A program made the position numbers and the translations under genes. A DNA stretch of 64,000 bases from Paraspadella gotoi (taxonomy: Eukaryota > Animalia > Chaetognatha): contig CM119263.1 in the NCBI GenBank assembly GCA_051294375.1, positions 10,872,703 through 10,936,702 on the forward strand, read 5' to 3'. Below, in pieces: positions 15,063 to 61,730 of this stretch. How positions within the stretch are numbered: the first letter of the stretch is position 1; every line of letters begins with the position of its first letter. The notes under the pieces are model-generated. The model saw nothing but the letters and a program-made list of their open reading frames with translations. It did not search any database and was not told where the DNA came from.

Positions 15063-16740
15063 ACTTCATTCGTCAAGAGCAACGGAGGGGAGAAAAGGGG
15101 AGGAGCCGCATATGTCCGGGTTCAATTTTACACGCTTTACGTAACGGTCGGTTACATCCGTCTTTGGCACGCGACGGGTTACATCCCGGGCGAGGGGACA
15201 CATACCGGGCTGCGACGCCCCGCCGCCGCCGCCGCGGCAGCGAGAGCAGCAGGTTTCGACGCCGCAGTCGCCACTCGGGTTCATCGCCTAACCACGGAAT
15301 AAAAACATTTGCATTATTTCCCTTCGTCGTTGTCGTTGTCGTCGTCGTTGTCGTCGTCGTCGTCGTTGTCGTCGTCGTCCTTTTTTAGACTTTCTCCTTC
15401 CTCCCTGACGCGAGTCGACATTATTGATACGTTCACCGTCATTTTGTCGCGATCGCCTTTTTTTCTTTCTCTTCATTCATTCGCCCTCTGGCGGGAGAAT
15501 CCGAGATGAAATTGAATATGAAATTGGGATGAGGACGGATGGGTAATTGGGAATGGGTTTCAAAGGGAAGTAGTTGAGCAATGGGCATGTGATGAAATGG
15601 TCTGAGGATGGGTTTTTGATGACAGGGCGTCAGTCATGTGATGGAATCGAGTTGGGATGTGAATGGGAGGCAGGGAGGGTTATGGTTTGCTTAGGCGAAA
15701 GAAATTATTAAGCGATGGTAAGTAGCAAGGAGTTTGATTATTAGGAAAGTGACTTGGAGTTTAAATTACAATAGAGAGTTGGAATAAATTGGGCTTAGAT
15801 TGGAAAAGAATTAAGCAAGAAAAGAAAAGAATGTTTAATAGTAAAAGGAGGGAAAAGGCGAGAAAAGAGTCCAGCTTAAAAGACTGAGAAAACCTATTGC
15901 ATTGAGAACGACAGGTCAATGGCCACTATCTAAAATAGACAATAAGGGCAGTGACTCGGGAGTCGTAAACACCAAGTGACAGCGGGGGGTCTGAGGGGAG
16001 AAATGAAATCCCCCATTTTCCCACCATAAATCGGCCTTTGTGTTTTCCTTCTCTACTCTTTGACCTCATATTCGTCGCCAGAGCCCTCTTGTGTTTTTAC
16101 GATACTCTTTGAGTAGAAGCCACTAATCTATGTACCTGAGAAGCGCTTTGTTATCTTTCTCGACGGAAAAAATATGCATATAAAAGTAGGTTATTTAATT
16201 ATTTTTTTCATTAATTCGCTTTAACTGTTCTGTTTTCTTATTCCATCCTTCCTCTATTTTCACAAAATCAATATTTTCCCTTCTCCCACCATAGTGACAT
16301 TTTCAAATCTCTAGTTTGTTTGCGTCCTCACTACCGTAGTGTCATCGACGGATGTCTAGTGTCTTTCGTGTTCCTTCTTTCCTCCCCTTCCTGCTTCCTC
16401 CTCTTCCTCCGCCCCACGCTCTTTCTCCTTCTCTTCCTCCTCCTCTCTCATTTCCTTTTCTCTTTCTAATTCTAGGTTTCATTTTTTTTTTCCCCTTTGC
16501 CTGGACATTAAACCTCTTTCCTCCTCCAGCTTATCCTCCTCTTCCTCCTCTTCATTTTTCTCTTCCTCCCTTTGCTCCCGAGGCAAGGATTTTCAGGCTC
16601 GATCTCGTCAATGAGGTTCTAATCGTGGTTTCAGATCCACGTCGCGCGACGAGGCCCGCGCGAGCGGAGGGATAATCCTGTGACGGGGCCCCGTTGAAAG
16701 AACGACGCCCGTTCATTCGTGTCGCCATGGTTTGGAGGAA

Positions 16741-16835
<95 letters not shown>

Positions 16836-17058
16836 ATTAAGAGTACATTTCCCTTTCGGCCAATCGGATAAAACATAAGCCTTAATTCATCCTTTTCTCG
16901 TTTTGCTCCCTCCCTCGCTCACGCTCTAGTGAACGGGTTCCGAGTTATGATGGAGAGGCGTTGAGGGTCGCGCGATCGGAGTTCGACCGCACGAGCGATG
17001 AGTTCCAGATTTCGAGGACCATGGAATTAGATTTAGATTTTAGATGATGATAATTATT

Positions 17059-17235
17059 ATGACTTTAAGCTAGAATTAAGTGAAATAGTTTATTTCGTTA
17101 ACAGACTACGAATTTGTTTTTATTTTCAAGGAAATTCAAACAAATTCGTTGTTTGTTAACAAAATAAACAATTTCACTTAATTCTAATTTCAAACTCAAC
17201 GAAATGAAAAGCTCGAAATAACAATGACTTTAAGC
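17059..17235. repeat. AT-rich palindrome (49-bp arms, 17071-17186) bracketed by a 12-bp direct repeat
   Basis: tagaattaagtgaaatagtttatttcgttaacagactacgaatttgttt is nearly the reverse complement of 17138-17186. atgactttaagc occurs at 17059-17070 and 17224-17235. Confidence 0.85.
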
Positions 17236-17658
17236 AAATCCGAATTTGATTGTTTGCCGAATAAATATGCTATGCATTAAACTGTTGAATTCGAAGGAGA
17301 AAGTTTTCAAACGATATATCTATTTTTATGTTTTCAATTATTTCTTTTATCTTCCGAAATAAACATCTCTAGATGAATATACTAAGAAGGGCGAATCTTT
17401 GGAATTTCGATGTACATATACACATTGTTAAAATATAATCTCTGGAAATGAATAAAATAATTTTTTTTAACGGGCGCGAACGATGAATCAAAAATGACAA
17501 AATACATGCAGAAACACAAAAAAAAAATAAATACTTAATATAGTAAATTACAAATCGACGAAAATAATTGCCTCGATACGAAGACTACTGATTCCATGAC
17601 GCGAGATTGTCAACGATTTGTTCGGTTCATCAATGTTTACGCATCTTTTTCATTCAAT

Positions 17659-52789
<35,131 letters not shown>

Positions 52790-55593
52790 CTGAAAAAGAA
52801 TAATAATAATAATAATAATAAAAATAATAATTAATATAATAATAATAATAATATAATAAATAATAATAATAATAATAAGTAATTGAAGTAATTATAATAA
52901 ATAAGACCTCAGAAATGCGAACTAAACGTAAGAATTGAAAAAACGGAGCAACTCAACTTAATTAGATATATTCTAGAAATTTCATTGTACGCATTTTTGG
53001 CGGGAATTAAATTCAAAACTCAGGTGGTTCAATGCAAATGACTCCCGTGATTTCACCAATCACCAATCTAGCGATATCTGAATGAAATCAAGACACATAT
53101 CATCAGCTTGATTATTGAAGACACAATAAACCTTACAGCGGCGGAATACAAAACCGAAATTCTGCTTTTCCCCCCCCCACCCGAGATCCCCGCTTTCTCC
53201 CCGATCCCAAATCAGTCGGGGATTTCTTTGGCTTCGATCGACGCATCTTGGAATTCTTTCTTTAATCCCGTTGGCAACCCTAGTCGCCGAACAGATCCCG
53301 TTCGGCCACTCTGGCATGGACTGCGTCCATAGCGTCTCCTAGGCAACGCGGAAAAAGTTTTTAGCAGGGGTGGGGATTGTCATCCCGTCCCATCGATCAT
53401 AACGAGTGAGTCGAACTCTTGATTTTCGATGTGTCACGTTGACGAGGTCATCGTTGCGTTGTGACCGTCGTCACTCCAATCGAAAATTAAAATGTCTGTG
53501 ATCATTTAATTTCTCAATGGTCAATTGGTTCATTCCAAAAAATGAAATCGTTATTTAATGAAATTCCTCCTATGAGCAGATTAGGTTGTTCCCATCATCG
53601 CGTCGGCGGGCTTGCGTTGTTTTCATCTCAAATACATCAATGAGATGTAGTCGTCGTAGTTTTAGTTCATCCTCTACATCGACCAGAAGTTGGTCCTTCA
53701 TCAAAGAAGCAATTGGTTTTACCGCTCCGACTAATGCGCCGCCGATGAAGAGAACGGAGATGAAAAAGACGACGACACCAAGACGACGACGACGTCGGAC
53801 CACACGGCTATATTTAGTTTCGATTTCTTCCAAGAAAACCAATTCTAGTACAAATTAAATGATAACGCTATCTTTAATATAATTTATAATGTTTATACTT
53901 TATTAAACCTTTTCAAAATTGGATCATCGTATTATTCAATATTCATGCAGCTACTACTACTTTGGTACTGTCTATCTGTATCTGTTTTCTATCAGTATAT
54001 GTAAATGAAAGTAAAAAAAAAATTATAATGGCTCTTCAGACAACTGAAATAATCTAAGTCTAATTTTTGAAATTTAAAAGTATAAAATTATTTTTAGATC
54101 TACTTTTTATTGGGATATTACTAATAGTTTTTATTTGCAAAAAACAAAAAGTAAAGTAACGATAAATAAGAAAATGGTTGATTAAAATACAGAAAAAAAA
54201 ATTTGGTTTCCCATATTTTAATGAGGAGTTCAAGAATCAATTATTAGATCTTTTCACAGGGGGTGGCGAGGTAATCAAAGCGACGTACATCAAAGCCGTT
54301 CAGTGAACAACTTTAAGTAAACAACTTTCAGTAAACAAGTTTAAGCTAACTTTAACGTAGCTTTGGAGCGTCCGCAGTCCGCGATGCCACAACAACGACC
54401 CCTAGAATCTTTCTTTCAGCTCCGCCGACGCAGTTGACAGATTTTAACGACGATTCTGCATTTTTCAATGCGAGACAATCCGATTCACAATCCGCTATAC
54501 AATCATGTGGAAAAAAATCGCGCCACTTTATTTCAGACTTTAAAAAGCACCCTATGTACTTGAATTTAAAAAAAAAATTATATAATTTTTTAAAATGTCT
54601 TTATCATTTATCATTTTCGGTTCTGATTCCATCTGCGATGTTATAGAGCGTCTGGAATTTAAAGTTATAAAGTGGCACGCACACACTGGATCGGGTTAAT
54701 TTTTATTAAATTAAAGTCTTCCAACGTGCCATTCCTTCTCATACCACCCACTATTTAATTAATATTTTAATCAGCGAGTTTTTCGCTCCCCACTAGACTT
54801 CACTTAGTTAATATTAGACTAAGCTCTGAGTAAAAGTAGGTTTTTTAATATATTCTTTGAGGACAATGTAGATTGATGGCAATATTGCTATGTTAAGTTT
54901 CAAAAAAATCCGACCATAAATATAGAAATATTAACCAAAATCTTCGGAAATTCCACCCCTTCTTTGGAAGATTCGCCATAGCATAATAAGTTTTTTTCGA
55001 ATCTGACTCCCGGTTTGAAAACTCTTAGAATGCCGATCGTTAGCTCCTCTTTTACTTTTACTTAAATAAAAAATTCCACCACAAAATGGACTATCACTTA
55101 CCATGATCGTACATGTTAAAATAACCAAATAGAATGTGAAGAAAAATTTGAGAGACCCTTCAGACATATTGCTATCGGATCTCCTGATTTGAAGTTATTG
55201 TAAAATGCAACCATAACCTTAAATCGTTGACATTGTATTGAAGTTGAGAAATCCTTTATTTATATATATAAAAATGCGCAAAATATTTTCCCGAGCGACC
55301 AGTCAATTTGAATCTGATGTTTGATGTCAAAATGATGGTTATATGTCAAGAGAAAAAAATCGAGGCCTTGAGATGTTAACAGATCGCGAATGCGAGTGTT
55401 TTTTCATCTGATTTTAACCTGAATTTTCCCGGGGCGTTGACATTATTTGGTAGTCAGATTTTAATAGATCTTCCATTGAAAAGTCTTCCTCGATTTCTAA
55501 GACGAACGACGTAACTCCTATTTTATATCCTTTATCCACCCACAGAAAATTAAAAATCATCCACCCCAACAAATAGAATCTTTCAATTCTCTC

Positions 55594-56300
55594 TCAGATG
55601 TTCAGCCGATCGTACCCACACACTTCGAGGTAGTGATACGCACAACATCGACCATCGACAATCGACCACCCATTACTTTTTTGCAATCTTCTCTGCTTGC
55701 ACTGAGTTCGCGACGCTTTTTCTCTGCTCATCCAGTCTCCCAAATCGTCGACCACATCAGTATTCGCAACCGACCACTTGTCGCTCGCTTGGCGTCGTTT
55801 CACGATTCCTTCCCACCCGCGTGCACGGCTGCCAAATCTGAATCATCACCAATTGGCCTCTTTGTCCTCCTCCTATTTCCCTACTCCCGCTTTATTCTCT
55901 TCTCCGCACCGATCCTCCCTGCCCATACAGGGACGTCGCCACAGGAAGTAGGTCGGGCTAGTCGGATACACACCGGTTCAGTCGGTGGTCTGGAGTTGAA
56001 ATACAAGTAGTGAATTGTAGTCATTTTAGGTTGTGTTCGTGTTGTATGTTATTATTAAAAACTATTAACAGAATGTGGGTTTAACTTTAAGTTTTGATGG
56101 TCAATAGTCAATATTTTTTAAATCAATCTCTTTTTTATTTAGAATTGAGTCGGGGCCTTATTCAATAATACCAGACAGCAATAAAGCAACGCTTGGACAA
56201 TGGACAATGGCCATCCGGGTCTGACGCAGGCTTCGTCCGAAATGCATTTCCCCATCTTCCTCGCGGAACCGTCGACGTCGACGACAAATAAAACGAAATA
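55594..56300 (-). pseudogene. Probable decayed third paralog of the 8-Cys-module genes
   Basis: Fragments KCISDEACVRPGWPLSIVQALLYCC (C-x5-C...CC) follow a hydrophobic stretch. A ctccag acceptor is followed by HRLNRCVSD and then a frameshift; VDDLGDW and DGRCCAYH remnants lie further on. Confidence 0.4.
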
Positions 56301-56691
56301 GAAATCGAGAAATTCGAAAGATTTTCGAGTCTCGACGGGAGGTGACTTTCGAGCTCGATGGCCACTTGGCTCGTAGACGACGCGCTCCGCGAAAAACGAT
56401 CTTACTCAATCCGTTTAAAGATTCGGCTTCGCCTCTCAATACTGGCCAAGTCGGAAAAAAATCGAGTTCTACATACATCTCAGAATAAGAAAAAAAATGT
56501 GAAGATTCAATTTTGTAAATTTTTTTTAATTCAGTTTATTCGTAATGAAGTTAATCTCATTGGGATATAGATTAAATACAAAAATATAATGAAATGACGA
56601 ATCGATCAAATAATACTCAAGGAATACGTGTTTGGGCGAAGACAGGCGATAATGGAATACTCCCTTTTGGCGACAGTCAACCCTGCATAAA

Positions 56692-58829
56692 TTAATGTTG
56701 ACAAACGAAATTAGAAATAAGCGATAATGCGGTGACTAAGATGTGCCATGCCTTCGAGTTTCGTACCTCGGCGACGACAATCAAGCAGAAGATGACAGTG
56801 ACGATGCCGAAAAAGTCAAATCCTCGCTGAAAGTACCCAGCACGGCATGTCATGTATCCCACCTTATCTTCCTCTGCCCTTTTTATACAATCCTCTCCGC
56901 AGTCGTCCACACAAAAACCCCACTTGTGCTCCTCTGAAAAGATACAAATGCCACTATAGTGATTCAAAATTTTAATCATTGAAAAAAAAATCAATTGCTT
57001 TATGAAATTGGTACAACCAATATATGTTTTATGTATTAAATGTTTTATGTAATAACGACAGAAGTTTGCTTTGATCAATTTGAAAAATTTTTAATCCTAT
57101 TAAATGGTCCATACTTGTGCGCTTATTCATTAAAATGAAGTTTTTCGATCTGGTATTGGAGCAGTAAGCTTTTCTTAACAGACGTACTGGGACACACTGT
57201 ATAATTTTATATATTTAATATAAAATAGAATGGAAAGACAGACCGTCCAAAAAGCAATTTGCTCCGTGAGTATTCCTAGTACAGCTTATTAGCTGTCTAC
57301 TCAACTGTGCATGCAGCACGATTTGAAATTGTAGGGCGTTCCAAACTGGTCTTGGGCTGCTTGACAAAAGGCGTCGGATTGACAGGCTTGGGGTTCCTCC
57401 GGCGGGAGATCGCAGGTTACAAATTTAACTCGCTTCCAATTCTCCTTCTTCATTTCTTTGCACTCCTGGCAGGTGTCCATACATCCCGACCTTTGATCGT
57501 CTTTTTCAAACGAGAAGTAATGAAATTATGAATAGACGCATCAAAGCCTGCTTTTTAATTGGTCAAAATGCATCAACGAGCTTTCTCAATTGATAAAAAT
57601 AAAAGATATTTCTTTAGAGAAAACAAAGTGTTATGGTGGACTAAAATCCACCAACCGTTCATCAGCGTCAATTGGTGCCGGAGGCAAGTCATTCGCCTCC
57701 CAACCCAAATGTCCGGGGTTTCTCGCCCGGTGGTCGCCTAGCAGTTAAGAGGGATGGAGCGCTTAACCCGCTTGTAACACGATTATACTTACTCTCCTTC
57801 CCTTCCTTCACTTTCACCTGTCCTCACATCTGACCACTGTCAATTCAATGCAATTCAATTCACTCCTTTGTTGGAAGCTCTCTCTCTCAATCTCTCTCTC
57901 CTTCTTTCTCTCTCTCCAAAGTCAATGAAAACAACTGAAAAGTTTGTGAATTTCAAATGCTGATGAAGACTCGAACTCAAAGAGTCGAAACATGTCCGTC
58001 TATTAAAATAAATCGTTGTCATAAATTCAAAATCACTTTGTTTTCTCTAAATTATTAAACAACAATGAAAAGAAAGAATTATCACATGTAACAAACGAAA
58101 GATATTTCTTTAAATTGACAACCTCAGTTAACAAAAGCTCGTACCTCTGTTTTCGGTGCCCTGAGGCTGCGCGAAACAGCAGGTGGACCATTGGACTTTT
58201 TTCTCTCCAAATATGATTCCTCGCTTGGTGGCCTCTTTGCAGTAATCGCTGGAATAGCAACGATCAGTGACTGTAAACGCGTCGCATTCTGCTGTACAGT
58301 CTTTGCAGTCGTCGACGCAGAAACCATCGAAACCTTCGACTTCCTTTTCTATATATTTCAAGAAATATATTTTAAAATTACTATTGATAATATTTAACCT
58401 GGAAGCTCATGTAATGCAGGAAGCTTGCTTATTCAGTACGTTAACCTGCCGAGTAACGATAAAGTGGACAATGGAGGCACCAATTCGAGCCTAATCCCAA
58501 ACTAATTTTGCAAAAGAGTGATATACCGACCGATAAACTGATGGAAAACTGACTTGATATCCCTTTACCTATATAATATATAGGTAAAGGGATATCAAGT
58601 CAGTTTTCAGTCAGTATATATATCAAGTTTATGGTTATCGAAAAATTAACGTTTAGGTATTTACATTGCAGAAAAAAAAGAAATTTATAGAAAAAAATAT
58701 CCAACCTGCTTTACAGCAATTTTGAAAGGATTTTCCACAATTTGAGGCATAGTTGCATCCAACTTTCGACGGCTTCGTCCGATGAACGAGCGCGAAAAAG
58801 ACGATGAAGGCGTAAAACCGAATTATCAT
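56692..58829 (-). CDS. Secreted or membrane-anchored cysteine-rich protein, paralog A (exons 58829-58706, 58348-58145, 57500-57306, 56933-56692); ~230-254 aa
   Basis: Signal peptide MIIRFYAFIVFFALV; all introns phase 1. Reads CNYASNC..CC / GFCVDDCKDC..C..CYSSDYC..WSTCC / CMDTCQEC..C..CQSDAFC..FKSCCMH / GFCVDDCGEDC..C, then a hydrophobic tail FFGIVTVIFCLIVVA. An optional final intron after 56767 would shorten the C-terminus. Confidence 0.85.
57665..57737 (+). mobile_element. Degenerate tRNA-Gly(CCC)-like sequence, probably a SINE head
   Basis: gcgtcaattggtgccggaggcaagtcattcgcctcccaacccaaatgtccggggtttctcgcccggtggtcgc is 73 nt with an A-box-like TGG...GG, an anticodon loop ctcccaa and a T-stem ccggg/cccgg. 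The B box is decayed and there is no poly-T terminator. Confidence 0.5.
57957..57999 (+). ncRNA. Minimal type-I hammerhead ribozyme with an intact core
   Basis: atg-CTGATGA-a-GACTC-gaactcaaa-GAGTC-GAAA-CATGTC-cgt: conserved core, perfect 5-bp stem II, palindromic ACATGT stem III and a GUC cleavage triplet (57994-57996). Confidence 0.85.
58537..58615. repeat. Perfect ~32-bp-arm palindrome in intron 1 of paralog A
   Basis: gaaaactgacttgatatccctttacctatata-a-tatataggtaaagggatatcaagtcagttttc. Confidence 0.9.
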
Positions 58830-59682
58830 GTTTATCGTTAATTTTTCAGGGTAAGCCACAAAACTATCGCTTCTTTCTAGATGAAATTAAAAGAAAGCTT
58901 TTTCTACGCCTTTCCGATTACAATAAAAGAAATTTGTCCTCTTCAAAAATATGACTATCGCATTGTCATTATTTATTGAGTAGTCGACAACTGTAAAAAT
59001 ATAATAACTTATTATCAATAAAAAGGAGAAAAAATAATTTGAATTTTGTAATTTCACAGAAGACGATTGGCGATTTTATTTTTATATAAATTATATATCT
59101 CTTTTTCTCTCTCTCTTTCAAAGGGAAAAGACGTGCATGAACTGCAAATGCCCAAATTTTTAAGTTGCATAGTAATAGTATGGCCTAATGCTTTATTTTT
59201 GAGCCTAATTTTTCTTATTGAAGAATTTTTTAATTTTTTCTCTCTCTCTAAAAACGAAGGTCATATTGTACAATAATATTAATACAATAATAAGTCAATT
59301 TGAAACCAGTCTCTCTTTGATTTTGATTTCAAAAATTCGATTCCTCTAATTTTGTTAACCATTTTTATCAATCACTCTCTGCAAGATAATGAGAGAGAAT
59401 AAAACGTATTTTACTCATTTTCTTCATGTTCTTCTGACAATAAAAGAAAGGGAAGCGGAACGCAAGGCCTGCGAAATGAGAAGGTAGAACAAAAAATATC
59501 CAAAAGCCAAACGATTATAATTGATTAAAGTTTCAAGCAGCAGTAAACCTACATAAAATCGAATACCGGAATTCGAAAAGAACAAACAATGGAATGTATA
59601 TAAAAAATTTTGAGAAAACTAGTAAAAAATGAGAGTAAAAAAAGGAAGAAGAAAGAGTGAGAGAATGAATATTTTGGGAAGC

Positions 59683-60955
59683 CTATTGCGGTTCCACAAA
59701 GCCGATTATGACGCCAATGACGATAATGACAAAATTGCAGGAGACGAAGACGGCACCACAGGCCATATCCTGGTTTTCTTCCTTTGCCTCTTTGTCACAC
59801 TCCGTCTTGCAGTCTTTGACACAGCGGCCTCGTTTGGAGGAGGCTGCAAATGCAATAGTGAAACCATTTACTTTACTTTTGCAGCCTTAAAGGACCAACA
59901 TTAAAGGTTGGGGCTTTGAAAAATACAAATGATTTCTTTAACCTTCTCCTCTCCTCTCCTCATCCTGTTTTGTTTTGTCATTAGACCTAGTCTTGTTTGA
60001 TGTTATTGTCAACCAATCAAATTTTCCGAGAGTCATTTTCAGAACCTTAACTACCACAACAACTGTAAACAAAGTAACAAATCTACAGTAACCCACCGTG
60101 CATGCAGCACGCTTGAAAACCGAACAACTGGCCGGCGTCGTTTTTTCGGTTCCGGCAGAAATAATTGGAGAGGCAATCCCGCTCGTGCTCAGGCGGATGG
60201 GTGCACTGAGAGGACTTGACCCGCTGAGGCTCTTTCGTCTTAAAACTTTTGCACACGTCGCATTCGTCGACGCATCGAGAATCCCTCTGGCCTGGGAGTA
60301 TTGACGGACGGATCGATGAATAAAAGGATGGATGGAGCGATCGATAGATGGATTAATGAATAATGGATGTAAGGAAAACTTGCACTAGTTTCGCCTCCCC
60401 CTCCTGCAAGGCACCTGACTTCTCCTCGACGAAACAGCATCCTTCCCATTCGACGTCCATTCCGTTGTAGGTCAACCCTCGTTTGACGACCTCCTTGCAG
60501 TAGAAATCGGAATCGCAGGAAGCGTGGGTCTGGAACTCGTCGCAGTCGCGGTCGTTTTTGCTCGGTTCGCCGCACGAGGCGCAGTCGTCGATGCAAAAAC
60601 CGGGCTTCTCGGTGTCTGACCATCGCGTTGGTTGGAAAATAAAAAGCGAGGAAAATGATAAAAGAGGACGCGAGCGACGACGATTTCCCTGACATTACAT
60701 CTCTTTAAGATCTATAGCGTTTCACGGGGGGGGGGGAAATGCTCTGGAGGGTCTTTTGTTTTTGTTTTTGTCCAATGTCCATCGGGAAAAAAAACAAGAA
60801 CAATGCAAGTGGACGAGGACGCGAGCCTCACTTCCTTTCTCCCTGCAGCAGCCTTGGAAGTCGCCGCAGTCGAAGGAGTCGATACACTCGGTGGCCTTCG
60901 ACGTCCGTGCGATGGCGGAGACGACGATGAGAAGGACGACGACGCGAAGATTCAT
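59683..60955 (-). CDS. Secreted, probably GPI-anchored cysteine-rich protein, paralog B (exons 60955-60832, 60615-60415, 60291-60097, 59843-59683); 226 aa
   Basis: Signal peptide MNLRVVVLLIVVSAIA; phase-1 introns. Reads CIDSFDC..CC / GFCIDDCASC..C..CDSDFYC..WEGCC / RCVDECDVC..C..CLSNYFC..FQACCMH / GRCVKDCKTEC..C, then the tail FVIIVIGVIIGFVEPQ*. Exon 1 (124 nt) and exon 3 (195 nt) have the same lengths as in paralog A. Confidence 0.9.
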
Positions 60956-61678
60956 CGCCAAGTCTTAAACATTTTTCGCTTTTTTCTCATTTCGCCGCTA
61001 AAAGAGAAAAGTAGGCAGGATTTTTCCTGGCGGATTTCAATTTTTCCCCATTTTTGATTGGCCCATGAAACTTTCGCGGCGAGAGTCGTTGGGGGAATCC
61101 GTTAACGTTGGATTGGAAGGTTTCGCAACTTGATATTTTAACTGTTATATTGTCCAATGGACAATGGACAATGTCCATACGGTTCAAGCGACATTTGCGG
61201 TCTCCGCTGTTTTTGTCTTTGTTTTTCTTTCAAATTGCAAATAGTGCGTATCTTAACGTATCTTATGTTAACCTAGTTCTATATCTATATTTTGTTAATG
61301 ATTCATTTGATTTTCCTAATCGATCCTTCGAAAAAACCGCCGACGCGAAATGTTTAAGAATTCACCTTTTTTTCTTATAAAATAAATAAAAGAATAAAAA
61401 GTCGAAAAACGTGGAACTAAGAAAAAGAAAGAAACGTGACTCGTGATTCTTCCTTTTTTTTCCTCTCTCCTTTCGCCTTTCTTCTTACTCTTTTGCTTTC
61501 GAGTGGGAATCTCAAAAGAGTCTTTCCGCGTGTGTGGTCGTCATCGTTCCCCGCCTCAAATGAATGTAGAAAAGAAAGCGAGGGAACTGGAGAAATAAAA
61601 AAAAATAGATAAGTAAATCGCCGAAAAAATATGTAAGAAAGAAAGAAAAGATAAATAGAAAAATAGAATGAACGAAAA

Positions 61679-61730
<52 letters not shown>

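Noticed and set aside
53570-53842. Hydrophobic ORF as the EVA-1 signal-peptide exon
   Set aside because: Position and strand fit, but I found no ATG before the hydrophobic stretch and no convincing phase-1 donor; left unresolved.
57665-57737. Functional tRNA-Gly gene
   Set aside because: The acceptor and anticodon stems are mismatched, the B box lacks TTCRA and there is no terminator; kept only as a SINE-like head.
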